A DNA stretch of 64,000 bases from Pseudomonadota bacterium (lineage in GTDB: Bacteria; Myxococcota; JACRCW01; JAFGSX01), in contig JBDRCO010000042.1 in the NCBI GenBank assembly GCA_043821645.1, forward strand, positions 1-64,000. Direction: 5' to 3'. The notes beneath the pieces were generated by a model that saw only the letters and a list, made by a program, of their open reading frames with translations, was not told where the DNA came from and did not search any database. Below, one piece after another: positions 34,328-43,798 of this stretch (the stretch's first letter is position 1; every line of letters starts with the position of its first letter). Made by a program: the position numbers and the translations under genes.

Positions 34328-35605
34328 TCAGCGGATCTCGATCACCTCGGCCCCACCGCCGTCGCTGGGCGCAGCTGTCCCCGGCTCCATGAGCCAGGTG
34401 CTGGGTGTGGGCAGGTCAAGCTGGGTCGGGTTGGCTCCTGCCATGGCCTCGGCAGACAGAGGCTGCGGGTCGCGGTACTCGAGGAGCTTGCCCTGGAAGT
34501 TGCGAAGCACGGCTTCACCGCGGGTGACGTCGTAGGCCAGCAGGTAGTCGGGGCCGACCGGGATCTTGCCGCCGCCGCCAGGGGCGTCGATGACGTAGGT
34601 CGGCACGGCCAGGCCGCTGGTGTGGCCGCGCAGGCCGGCAATGATGTCGATGCCGCGCTGGATCGAGGTGCGAAAGTGTTCGGCACCGCGCACCGGGTCG
34701 CACTGAAAAAGGTAGTAAGGCCGCACCCGCATGCGCATCAGGCGGTGGGTCAGCTCGCGCATGGTGCCGACGTCGTCGTTGACACCCTTGAGCAGCACGC
34801 TCTGGTTGTTGAGCGGGATGCCCGCGCGCAGCAGCTTGTCGCAGGCCGCCGTGGCCTCGGGCGTGCACTCGCGGGGGTGCTCGAACTGCACGTTCATCCA
34901 CACCGGGTGGTACTTGGCGAGCATCTGGCACAGGTCGTCGGTGATGCGCTGGGGCATGACGCAGGGCACCCGGGTGCCTATGCGGATGACCTGGACGTGG
35001 GGGATGGCGCGCACCTTCTTGAGCACGCCCTCGAGCCGCGCCGTCGACAGGCACAGGGGATCGCCACCGGAGATGATGACGTCGCGAATCTCGGGGTGGC
35101 GCGCGATGTACTTGACCATGCGGCCCAGCTCGAGCCTGGGCACTGCGCCCTCGAACATGAGCCGCTTGCGCGTGCAGTGGCGGCAGTACATGGCGCAGGT
35201 GTTGCTGATGACCATCAGCACCCGGTCCGGATAGCGGTGGGTCAGTCCGGGCACGGGCGAGTGGCCCTCCTCGTGCAGCGGATCGTCCTCACCCACGTTG
35301 CGGTACAGGTACTCGTCGAGGCTGGGCAGGGACTGGCGGGCGATGGGATCGTCCGCATCGTCCAGGTCGATGAGCGACAGGTAGTAGGGCGTGATGCCGA
35401 TGCGAAAGTTCTGCACGACCTTCTGCCAGACCGCGTGATCTCCGTCGGCGACGCGCCACAACTTCTCGAGTTCATCGAGCGAGGTGATGCGGTGCCTGAA
35501 CTGCCAGCGCCAGTCTGTCCATTCGGCTTGGGTGACGGCGGGAAACAGCCGCGCACGTCGCTGCGAGTGCGGCTCGATGTCCTGCTCGTCGATGCTCTGC
35601 TCCAT
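34328..35605 (-). CDS. kamA: KamA-family radical SAM/PLP aminomutase (lysine 2,3-aminomutase-like)
   Basis: W-x-DW-x-WQ, LTHRYPDR, CAMYCRHC, SGGDP, NQSVLL, YLFQCD, IDAPGGGGK. Confidence 0.92.
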   Translation of the reverse strand: MEQSIDEQDIEPHSQRRARLFPAVTQAEWTDWRWQFRHRITSLDELEKLWRVADGDHAVWQKVVQNFRIGITPYYLSLIDLDDADDPIARQSLPSLDEYLYRNVGEDDPLHEEGHSPVPGLTHRYPDRVLMVISNTCAMYCRHCTRKRLMFEGAVPRLELGRMVKYIARHPEIRDVIISGGDPLCLSTARLEGVLKKVRAIPHVQVIRIGTRVPCVMPQRITDDLCQMLAKYHPVWMNVQFEHPRECTPEATAACDKLLRAGIPLNNQSVLLKGVNDDVGTMRELTHRLMRMRVRPYYLFQCDPVRGAEHFRTSIQRGIDIIAGLRGHTSGLAVPTYVIDAPGGGGKIPVGPDYLLAYDVTRGEAVLRNFQGKLLEYRDPQPLSAEAMAGANPTQLDLPTPSTWLMEPGTAAPSDGGGAEVIEIR

Positions 35606-35792
35606 TCTTTCTGCCCCGGCGTCTCGGTGACGTCGCCCACAACGGCGGGCCCCGACGAGACGCATAGTGATTTTTTGGGTTGGTTGAAGAGGCGTTGTTA
35701 TGAGCCGTGTTCGTGGCTCGCCCCCGAAAAGGTTGGTACCTCTTTACCTACTCCAGCTGTACCCACCTGCAAGACTTATTTGGAGGCTGGAT

Positions 35793-37577
35793 TCACTTTT
35801 TTGTCGACGGGGGAGGGGGCGGGGCGGGGGAGGGGGTCGCTGACCGGGACTCGCCCCCGCGCAGGCCGAGCAGGCCCCCGAAGAAGCCCCGGGCACTGGC
35901 TCCCAGGGAGCGCACCCGGTAGCCCCCCTCCTGCACCACCAGGGTGGGCAGACCGAGCTCGCCGATGCGGCGGCCGTTGGCGGCGAAGTCTGCGGCGCGC
36001 AGGGTGAAGGATCCGGTGGGGTCGTCCTTGCCCGTGTCGTAGCCCAGGCAGACCACCAGGTAGGCCGGCTTGAAGCGGCGGATCCGGGCCAGGGCCTGAT
36101 CCAGGGCCTTGAGGTAGGCCGGCCCGTCCAGGCCCTCGGGGAGCGGCAGGTTGAGGTTGAAGCCCTTGCCCGGGCCCTCGCCGGTCTCGTTGTCGAAGCC
36201 GCTGAAGTAGGGGTAGCTCAGGCGCGGGGTGCCATGGATGGACACGGTGAGCACGTCGTCGCGCTGGTAGAAGATGTCCTGGGCGCCGTTGCCGTGGTGG
36301 TAGTCCACGTCCAGGATGGCCACCTTGCCGTAGGTCGACAGCTCATGGGCCGCCACCGCCGCTGTGTTGAAGTAGCAAAAGCCGCCGAATACCCGACGCT
36401 CGGCGTGGTGGCCAGGGGGCCGCACCAGGGCGTAGGCCAGGGGGTAGCCGCCGAGCAGGGCGTGGGCGCCGCTGAGGCCGCAGTCCACGGCCCGGCGCGC
36501 CGCCAGGTAGGCGTTGCGGTTGAGCGGGGTGAAGGTGTCGATGCAGTAGTAGCCCGCGCGCAGTGGAAGCTCCCGGGGCGGCCGGGTCGCGTTGCGCACC
36601 GGGAACACATAGGGATAGACGGACTCGCCCTCGTCCAGGCTCAAGCAGGCGCGCCTCAAGTAGTCCACGAACTCCTTGTCGTGCACCGCCTTGATGGCGT
36701 CCTCGGAGAAGTGGTTTACCCGCATGCGCTCGAACCAGCCCGTGGGCTCCAGGCCGCGCAGGATCGAGCGGATGCGCGCCGGCGCCTCGACGTAGCCGCG
36801 CTCGCGCACGTGGTGGATGTCGTGCTTGTCGTTGACGTACAGGGCGATCTTGCGCGGCCGCACCGGCTCAGGCTCGGTCTTCTTCTTCTGGTAGCGCGGG
36901 GGCCTGAGCTGCACCGGGTCGTCGACGATGGAGTCGAGGATCATGCTGTTGTATTCGGGCGAGCAGGTGCCCTTGTACTTGCGCTCCAGGATCACCCTCA
37001 CCGCGGCCCGCACCTGGTCCCGGCTCGGCAACGTGGCCGGCCCCAGCAGATCCAGCACCAGGTAGGGAGGATCCGTGGTGCCCGGCTTCACCGGCGTCTC
37101 GTAGCGGGTGTTGGCCAGGGGCCTGGCCCCCCAGCGCTCGTAGAAGCGGAGTCGCGCCGCGTTCTGGGCCCGGATGACAGGGTCCGGGGACAGCCCCGGG
37201 TCGTCGGGCAAGCACTCGAAGTACAGGGCGTGGGCGCCCAGGGCCAAAGATTCCTCGCGCACGCGCTCGTACAGGGCTCCACCCACGCCGCCCGAGGTGA
37301 TCTTGGGTGCGGTGGCGATGAAGTCGAGGTAGCAAAAGCCCGCGTCCGGGGCGTGCAGCAGCAGGGCAAAGCCCTTGACCTGGCCGCGGTCGTTCTCGGC
37401 GGCCAGCAGCACCGCGCGAAAGCCAAACTTCAGCGGGTTGTCGAGCTGGCGCGGGATCTTGGCGACGTCTTCGGCCTTCAGGGCTCCGAACTGGGCGCGC
37501 AGGATCTCCTGCACCTGGGCAATGGCGCTCTGGTTGGCGGGGGTGGTGGTGTCGGCGATTTTTCGGATGCGGAACAT
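35793..37577 (-). CDS. GNAT acetyltransferase fused to HDAC/acetylpolyamine amidohydrolase
   Basis: N-terminal YLDFIA..GGVGGALY..RFYERWG; C-terminal RPPGHHA, GFCYFN, DVDYHHGNG, GYDT, QEGGY. Confidence 0.9.
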   Translation of the reverse strand: MFRIRKIADTTTPANQSAIAQVQEILRAQFGALKAEDVAKIPRQLDNPLKFGFRAVLLAAENDRGQVKGFALLLHAPDAGFCYLDFIATAPKITSGGVGGALYERVREESLALGAHALYFECLPDDPGLSPDPVIRAQNAARLRFYERWGARPLANTRYETPVKPGTTDPPYLVLDLLGPATLPSRDQVRAAVRVILERKYKGTCSPEYNSMILDSIVDDPVQLRPPRYQKKKTEPEPVRPRKIALYVNDKHDIHHVRERGYVEAPARIRSILRGLEPTGWFERMRVNHFSEDAIKAVHDKEFVDYLRRACLSLDEGESVYPYVFPVRNATRPPRELPLRAGYYCIDTFTPLNRNAYLAARRAVDCGLSGAHALLGGYPLAYALVRPPGHHAERRVFGGFCYFNTAAVAAHELSTYGKVAILDVDYHHGNGAQDIFYQRDDVLTVSIHGTPRLSYPYFSGFDNETGEGPGKGFNLNLPLPEGLDGPAYLKALDQALARIRRFKPAYLVVCLGYDTGKDDPTGSFTLRAADFAANGRRIGELGLPTLVVQEGGYRVRSLGASARGFFGGLLGLRGGESRSATPSPAPPPPPSTKK

Positions 37578-37692
37578 GGCACCTCGTGGCGGGCTACGGT
37601 TGCTGTGTGTGCGCTAATATGACGAGCCCGTCGTCGCTGCGCAAGCACTGCGCGATTTACAGCGCGGCCCCCGCTTGCCACAATGCGTAGCC

Positions 37693-38454
37693 ATGAAGAT
37701 GGACCCACAGCGCTACTACGACGCCTTCAGCGAGGGCTACGACTCCCGACGGCACGATGGCTACCACGCCCTGCTCGACGAGCTCGAGAGCGCCCTGGTG
37801 CAGGCGTACTGCACGGATCGCCACGTCCTGGACGCGGGCTGCGGCACGGGCCTCATCCTGCAGCGGGTGCAGCGCGAGCTGCGTTCCCTCGTCGGCGCGG
37901 ATCTGTCGGGCGGCATGCTGCGCAAGGCGGCCACCCGCAGCACGGCCTCCCTGGTGCAGGCCAGCCTGACCCAGCTGCCCTTTGCCGATGCCAGCTTCGA
38001 TGCCGCCTACAGCTTCAAGGTGCTGGCGCACATCCCCGACATCCGCGGAGCCGTGGCCGAGCTGGGGCGCGTGGTGAAACCCGGCGGCCACCTGCTGCTC
38101 GAGTTCTACAACCCGCTGAGCATTCGCGGCCTGCTGTGGCACCTCAAGCGACCGGGGCGCATCGCCCGCGGTGTGCGTGAGCGCGACGTGTTCGTGCGCT
38201 TTGACACCCCGCACCGGGCCCAGAGTTATCTGCCCGACAACTTCTCCGTCGTCGAGACCCGGGGCATCCGGGTGGTCACGCCCTTTGCCCAGCTGCTGCG
38301 GATGCCTGGCCTGGGCCCCCTGGTGGCTGATGCCGAGCGCCTGCTGGCCACCAGTCCGGCGCGGGTGCTGGGCAGCTTTTTCGTGGTGGTGGCACAGCGT
38401 CGCGATGGAGGCGAGTGCTGCGACGACGCTCCGGCAGCGCCCAGGTCTCACTGA
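37693..38454 (+). CDS. Class I SAM-dependent methyltransferase
   Basis: VLDAGCGTG, GADLS, LPF-x-DASFD, RVVKPGG. Confidence 0.9.
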   Translation: MKMDPQRYYDAFSEGYDSRRHDGYHALLDELESALVQAYCTDRHVLDAGCGTGLILQRVQRELRSLVGADLSGGMLRKAATRSTASLVQASLTQLPFADASFDAAYSFKVLAHIPDIRGAVAELGRVVKPGGHLLLEFYNPLSIRGLLWHLKRPGRIARGVRERDVFVRFDTPHRAQSYLPDNFSVVETRGIRVVTPFAQLLRMPGLGPLVADAERLLATSPARVLGSFFVVVAQRRDGGECCDDAPAAPRSH

Positions 38455-38460
38455 CCGCCG

Positions 38461-40650
38461 ATGGCACATTCTGATCCCAGCCCACCTCCCCCCGGTGCCC
38501 GGCCAGTGACCTGGCGTGACCGGTTGCGGCCCTGGTGGCTGCTGGTCGCTGCCATCGGCCTGCTGTTGACCTGGCTGGAGACCCTGCTGGCCGGCATCCG
38601 CGGCCTGCTCGCGCCCGGCGACGGTGCCTGGCTGTCCGCCCTGGTTGCACCCGGCCCTGGCCTGCTGTGCTGGACCTTGCTGGCGACACTGCTCGCGCCT
38701 GCCCTCGACCTGCTGGCGCGCTGGCTGCTGCCGCGCCTTGGCAAGCAGGTGGCGCTTCGCCTCGTCTGGCTCGGCTGGGCTGCCCTGCTGGGCGGGCTGC
38801 TGGCCGCGGTTCTGGCCGGGATGATGACCCTGCGCGCCGAGCGCATCACCGAGCGCGACTTCGCGGTCGTCACGGTGGCCCTGGCCGCGGCCGTCGGCGC
38901 TGTGGCGGGCGCGGGACTGCTGGTGCTCCTCGGCCTGAGGCGGGCACGCCCGCTCGAGGCCGCACGCGCCGGCTGGGCAGCAGGGTTGGTGGTGGCGCTG
39001 AGCACGGGCCTGGGCGTCGTGACCCTGGCCGGCTTGCTGTGTGCGTACGACCAGCAGCTGGCCTCGACGCGTGTTGTGCTGTGGCTGGCCGTGGGAGGTG
39101 GCCTGGTCCTGCTGGCCAGCCTGGTGGGTCTGGCCCTGCCCGCACTGCAGGCGAGCTGGCTCAACCTGGCGCGGGGCCGCTGGGCTACTGGTCTGCTGCT
39201 GGCGCTGGTCGTCGCCGGATGGGTGCTGGCCGCCGTCGTGCTGCACCTGCGGCCTGACGCGTCCGCGGCCCTGCTGCGCAGTGGGGGCCCGGCGGCGCGC
39301 ACGCTGCTGCTGCTGCGGCAGCTCAGCGATGTCGATGGCGACGGGGCCGCCGCCTGGCTCGGCGGTGGCGACTGCGCACCCTTCGATCGCCAGCGCCATC
39401 CCCTGGCCCTGGACATCCCGGGCAATGGCATCGACGAGAACTGCGATGGTGCCGATGCGGCCCAGGCCAGCTCACTCCCCGGCGCCAGCAGCGCGCGCTT
39501 CGCCGCGGTTCCGGCCGACCTGGTGCGCAAGCGCAACGTGCTCCTCATCGGCATCGATGCCCTGCGTGGCGATCACGTGGGTTTTGGTGGCTACCAGCGG
39601 CCGGTCACGCCCTATCTCGACCGCCTGGCGCGCCGAAGCTGGGTGTTCACCAACACCCTGGCGGCCTCGTCGACCACCCGGCAGTCGGTGCCCGTCCTGT
39701 TCAGCGGGCGCTGGGTCAGCGGCCTGCGCTGGAACCCGGGCACGCCCGTGGACCAGCTCGACAAGAAGAACCTGATGCTGCCCGAGATCCTCAAGGCGGC
39801 GGGCTATCGCACCATGGCGGTGGTCGACGAGTGGCTGCCCAAGTTCCTGAGCAGCTTCAACCAGGGCTTTGACAGCTTCGAGGCGGCCTACGGCGTGGGC
39901 CACTGGACAGAGCACGGCCAGTTTGCCGCCCCCTACAGCACGGCCCTGGCCCTGCAACGCATGTTCGAGCGCGACCCCAAGAAGCCCTACTTCTTATATG
40001 TGCACTACGAGGCGCCGCACTTCCCCTACGTGGCCCACCCCGAGGTGGCGGACTTCGGTGCCCGCCCCATCGACCTGTACGATGCCGAGATCGCCTACGT
40101 GGACCGCGCCGTGGGTCAGCTGCTCGAGATGTTCGAGGCCCGGGGATGGCTCACCGACACCCTGATCGTTGTCTTCGGCGATCATGGCCAGGAGTTCAAG
40201 GAGCACGGCCGCACCAAGCATTCGCGCGCCCTCTTCGTCGAGAGCGTGCATGTGCCTCTGCTGCTGCACGTGCCCGGGCAGGCGCCCCGCGTCGTGCCCC
40301 AGCGCGTGTCCCTGGTCGACGTCGCGCCGACCCTGCTCGACCTGCTCGGGTTGCCGGCGCCGGACTTCAAGCCCCAGGGCCGCAGCCTGCTGTACCCGCT
40401 GCTCACCGGGAGCAGCTCCGACGACAGGGCCTTTCTGGCAGAGCTGCTGATCATCGAGGGCGGCAAGCACGAGGACCTCAAGTCCCTGCTGCTGGGTCGC
40501 CACAAGTTGATCTGGAACATGACCAGCGGCGAGAAGCTGCTGTACGATGTGCAGGCCGATCCCGGGGAGCTCAAGGCCCTCGACGACGAGGCCCTGAAGC
40601 AGCAGCTGAGCCAGCGCCTGCAGCACGAGCTGGCCACCGCAGGCCAGTGA
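38461..40650 (+). CDS. Membrane-anchored sulfatase/LtaS-like alkaline-phosphatase-superfamily enzyme
   Basis: N-terminal TM bundle; DVDGDG..GGDC..PGNGIDENCDG acidic motif; IDALRGDH, SSTTRQS, EAPHFPY, YDAEI, GDHG. Confidence 0.85.
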   Translation: MAHSDPSPPPPGARPVTWRDRLRPWWLLVAAIGLLLTWLETLLAGIRGLLAPGDGAWLSALVAPGPGLLCWTLLATLLAPALDLLARWLLPRLGKQVALRLVWLGWAALLGGLLAAVLAGMMTLRAERITERDFAVVTVALAAAVGAVAGAGLLVLLGLRRARPLEAARAGWAAGLVVALSTGLGVVTLAGLLCAYDQQLASTRVVLWLAVGGGLVLLASLVGLALPALQASWLNLARGRWATGLLLALVVAGWVLAAVVLHLRPDASAALLRSGGPAARTLLLLRQLSDVDGDGAAAWLGGGDCAPFDRQRHPLALDIPGNGIDENCDGADAAQASSLPGASSARFAAVPADLVRKRNVLLIGIDALRGDHVGFGGYQRPVTPYLDRLARRSWVFTNTLAASSTTRQSVPVLFSGRWVSGLRWNPGTPVDQLDKKNLMLPEILKAAGYRTMAVVDEWLPKFLSSFNQGFDSFEAAYGVGHWTEHGQFAAPYSTALALQRMFERDPKKPYFLYVHYEAPHFPYVAHPEVADFGARPIDLYDAEIAYVDRAVGQLLEMFEARGWLTDTLIVVFGDHGQEFKEHGRTKHSRALFVESVHVPLLLHVPGQAPRVVPQRVSLVDVAPTLLDLLGLPAPDFKPQGRSLLYPLLTGSSSDDRAFLAELLIIEGGKHEDLKSLLLGRHKLIWNMTSGEKLLYDVQADPGELKALDDEALKQQLSQRLQHELATAGQ

Positions 40651-40671
40651 CGCGACCGGCTCCGGAGCGAG

Positions 40672-42447
40672 ATGGCCAATACACCGCAGCCCGCCCTGTC
40701 CTCGACGCCGCCACGCCCGCGACAGTGGCTGGGGGGTGTGGGGGTGCTGCTGCTGTTCCTGGCGCTGGCAGTGGCTCAGACCTGGGGCTACTTCGAGGGC
40801 TGGTCCTCGACCACGCGGGTGCGCGACTGGGTGGTCTACCAGGCTGCGCTGGAGACCACGCGCCAGAGCGTGCGGGAGTACCGCGAAGTTCCCGCCTGGG
40901 ACCCCTGGCGTTGCGGTGGTGCGCCGCACCTGGCCAACCCCTTCGTCGACGCCCTGTCGCCCTGGGGTGCGCTGGTGCTGCTGCTCGATGTGGCGCCGAC
41001 GGTGCGCCTGAACGTGCTGGTGCACCTGCTGGCGGCCATGCTTGGCATGTGGTGGTGGGCGCGGCGGCGTGGCCTCGATGTCGTGCCCGCCCTGGCCGCG
41101 GCCCTGGCCTTTGGCCTGTCGGGCTTCTTCATCGCCGCCACCTCCTGGGGCTTTGCCTTCTTGCTGCCCGCCGCCTACCTGCCCCTGGTCCTCGCCGGCT
41201 ACGAGGCAGGCCGCGAGCGCTGGACAGGGGCCTTGCCCGCCGCCGCTGCGGTCGCGCTCATGCTCCTCGAGGGCGGGCTGGGGGTAGCGCAGGCCAGCCT
41301 GTTCCTGCTGAGCCTGCTGGTGCTGATCGATCTGCGTCAGCATGCGCAGCCCAGGTTGCTCATCCTGCGCAGCGCGTCCGTCGTCGTGGTCGGCGCCCTG
41401 GTCCTGGCGGCGGTCAAGTGGTGGCCCATGGCCCTGCACCTGCAGCAGGCCGCGATGGCGCCCCTGCAGAGCGACACCCTGACCCTGACCCAGCTGGTGG
41501 AGATCTTCCTCGGCCGCGACCTGGGTCATCGCGCGCCGGGCTTTCGCCTCGAACGCTTCGAGTACTTCGGCTACATGGGGCCGCTCGTCGTCGCGGCGGT
41601 GGCCTGGGGGCTGTGGCACGTGCGCGAGCCCGGCTTCTGGCGCATCTACGTGCTGGCGGGCCTGTGGACCTTGCTCGTGCTCGGCAACCAGGGACCCTGG
41701 CTGCCCTACGCCTGGCTCGGCCACCTGCCCTGGCTGCACGCCATGCTGAGTGCGCCGTCGCGACTGGCCGTGATGCTGGGTGCGCTGTGGGCCCTGGTGT
41801 TCGGGTTGGTCCTGCAGCGGGCGCTGGTGGCCCTGCGCGCGCGTTGGCCGGGTCGGCCCTGGCAGGCCGTGCTCGCCCTGGTGCCGCTGCTCCTGGTCGG
41901 CGATCAGCTCTGGCTGGCCCAGCGCGCCTGGCGTGTGCACCCCTTTGCCGGCGACGCCATCGCCCGCGAGCGCGGACCCTTTCACCTGGTCGACGGCGAC
42001 CGGCCCTCGCAGCTTGCCAACCAGCGCCAGAACAAGGGCACGATCCGGTGCTACGAGCTGATGCCGGTCTCCCCCTCGAAGGTGCTGCGCCGGGGTGTGC
42101 AAAGCCAGGCCTGGCTCGAGCCGGCAAGCGCTGGCCAGCTCGAGGTCGAGCGGCAGAGCCCCAACCGCTGGATCCTCGACGTCAAGCTGGGTGCTGCGGC
42201 GCGCGTCCTGGTCAACCAGAACGCCGCCCCTGGCTGGAGCGTCGAGGGTGAACTGCCCGCCACCCTGCACTCCGTCGACGGGGTGCTGGCTCTGGACCTG
42301 CCGGCGGGGCAGGGCCGTCTCACGCTCCACTACCGCACGCCCGGGCTGCTCCCGGCGGCGCTGCTGTCCGCGCTGGCCTGGCTGGCGCTGCTGATCGGGA
42401 TCCTGCGCGCGGGGTGGCGACGTCACCGCGTGGCCCACCCCTACTGA
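40672..42447 (+). CDS. YfhO-like polytopic membrane protein (putative GT-C)
   Basis: P-x-WDPW-x-CGG-x-P-x-LANP, E-x-x-GY-x-G, PSR, NQN-x-x-PGW, L-x-Y-x-x-PG followed by a terminal TM helix. Confidence 0.7.
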   Translation: MANTPQPALSSTPPRPRQWLGGVGVLLLFLALAVAQTWGYFEGWSSTTRVRDWVVYQAALETTRQSVREYREVPAWDPWRCGGAPHLANPFVDALSPWGALVLLLDVAPTVRLNVLVHLLAAMLGMWWWARRRGLDVVPALAAALAFGLSGFFIAATSWGFAFLLPAAYLPLVLAGYEAGRERWTGALPAAAAVALMLLEGGLGVAQASLFLLSLLVLIDLRQHAQPRLLILRSASVVVVGALVLAAVKWWPMALHLQQAAMAPLQSDTLTLTQLVEIFLGRDLGHRAPGFRLERFEYFGYMGPLVVAAVAWGLWHVREPGFWRIYVLAGLWTLLVLGNQGPWLPYAWLGHLPWLHAMLSAPSRLAVMLGALWALVFGLVLQRALVALRARWPGRPWQAVLALVPLLLVGDQLWLAQRAWRVHPFAGDAIARERGPFHLVDGDRPSQLANQRQNKGTIRCYELMPVSPSKVLRRGVQSQAWLEPASAGQLEVERQSPNRWILDVKLGAAARVLVNQNAAPGWSVEGELPATLHSVDGVLALDLPAGQGRLTLHYRTPGLLPAALLSALAWLALLIGILRAGWRRHRVAHPY

Positions 42448-42464
42448 GCCGGAGTGCGCGCCCC

Positions 42465-43796
42465 ATGCTGAAGTTCTTCTCCTCCCGACCCGACGCCCCG
42501 CTGCTCGACGACGCCGCCGAGATCGCCCGCCGCTACCGCCGCGGTCGCTGGCTCACCTTCGTCTCCATCACCCTCGGCTATGGCTTCTTCTACACCGCAC
42601 GCCTGTCGCTGTCGGTGGCCAAGAAACCCATGATCGACGAGGGCATCGTCAACGCCGAGCAGCTTGGCACCATAGGCTCGGCCCTGCTGCTCACCTATGC
42701 CTTTGGCCGCTTCACCAATGGCTTCCTGTCCGATCGCGCCCACATCGGACGCTTCATGGGCGCCGGCCTGCTCATCTCGGCCCTGCTCAACCTGGCCTTC
42801 GGCTTTTCGAACCTGTTCCCGGTCTTCGTCGTGCTGTGGGCCTTCAACGGCTGGTTCCAGTCCATGGGCAGCGCCCCCAGCGTGGTCAACATCTCGCACT
42901 GGTTCTCGAGCCGCGAGCGGGGCACGCGCTACGGCGTGTGGAGCACCGCGCACAGCCTGGGCGAGGCCATGACCTTCGTGCTGACCTCGGTGCTGGTGGC
43001 GACCCTGGGCTGGCGCGCCGCCTTCTGGGGTCCTGGCACCATCTGCGCCCTGGTGGCGGTGGTGCTGTTCTTCGCCATCCTCGACCGGCCCCGCAGCTAC
43101 GGCCTGCCCACCGTCGCCGACTTCCGCGACGACCACGCCGTTGCCTCGCGCAGCGAGGCCAGCACCTGGGAGTTGCAGCTCGAGGTGCTCAAGAGTCCGG
43201 CGGTGTGGATCCTGGGTCTGGCCGGGGCCTCGCTGTACGTGGCGCGCTACGGCGTCAACAACTGGATGGTGCTGTACTTCCAGGAAGCCAAGCACTACGA
43301 GCTGCTGGCCGCGGGCTTCAACCTGTCGGTGTTCACCGTCGCTGGCCTCGTCGGCACCGGCCTGTCCGGCGCCATCTCCGACTACTTTTTCAAGTCGCAA
43401 CGCGGGCCCGTCATCGTGCTCTATGGCGTGGGGCTGGTGACGGCGCTGAGCCTGGTCTTCATCACCCCGGCCGAGGCGGTGTGGATGGACCGCGGTCTCA
43501 TGGCTGTCGGAGGCTTCGCCATGGGCGGCCTGGTCACCTTCCTGGGTGGCCTCGCCGCCGTCGACATCTGCCCCAAGCGCGCCACCGGCGCTGCCATGGG
43601 CATGATCGGCCTGTTCAGCTACCTCGGCGCCGCGGTGCAGGACCAGGTCTCGGGCAGCCTCCTGCAAGCCAGCAAGACCGTGGTCGACGGCGTGGCCCGC
43701 TACGACTTCGACGTGGTGTTCCTGTTCTGGATCGGTGCGGCGGCGCTGTCGGTCTTGCTCTCTCTGGTGCTGTTCCGCTTCAAGCAGGTGGACTGA
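42465..43796 (+). CDS. MFS transporter, organophosphate:Pi antiporter (GlpT/UhpT-like)
   Basis: GYGFFYTAR, NGWFQSMG, WFSSRERG-x-x-x-x-x-WSTAHSLG, PKRATGAAMG-x-x-GLFSYLG. Confidence 0.9.
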   Translation: MLKFFSSRPDAPLLDDAAEIARRYRRGRWLTFVSITLGYGFFYTARLSLSVAKKPMIDEGIVNAEQLGTIGSALLLTYAFGRFTNGFLSDRAHIGRFMGAGLLISALLNLAFGFSNLFPVFVVLWAFNGWFQSMGSAPSVVNISHWFSSRERGTRYGVWSTAHSLGEAMTFVLTSVLVATLGWRAAFWGPGTICALVAVVLFFAILDRPRSYGLPTVADFRDDHAVASRSEASTWELQLEVLKSPAVWILGLAGASLYVARYGVNNWMVLYFQEAKHYELLAAGFNLSVFTVAGLVGTGLSGAISDYFFKSQRGPVIVLYGVGLVTALSLVFITPAEAVWMDRGLMAVGGFAMGGLVTFLGGLAAVDICPKRATGAAMGMIGLFSYLGAAVQDQVSGSLLQASKTVVDGVARYDFDVVFLFWIGAAALSVLLSLVLFRFKQVD

Positions 43797-43798
43797 GC

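Noticed and set aside
34328-35605. EpmB (EF-P beta-lysylation) or lysine fermentation role for the KamA protein
   Set aside because: No efp, epmA or kamDE nearby; the context points to a different pathway.
35606-35792. Possible lysine riboswitch upstream of kamA (AGAGGTAC start, several hairpins)
   Set aside because: I could not find the rest of the lysine riboswitch consensus; an Infernal search would be needed.
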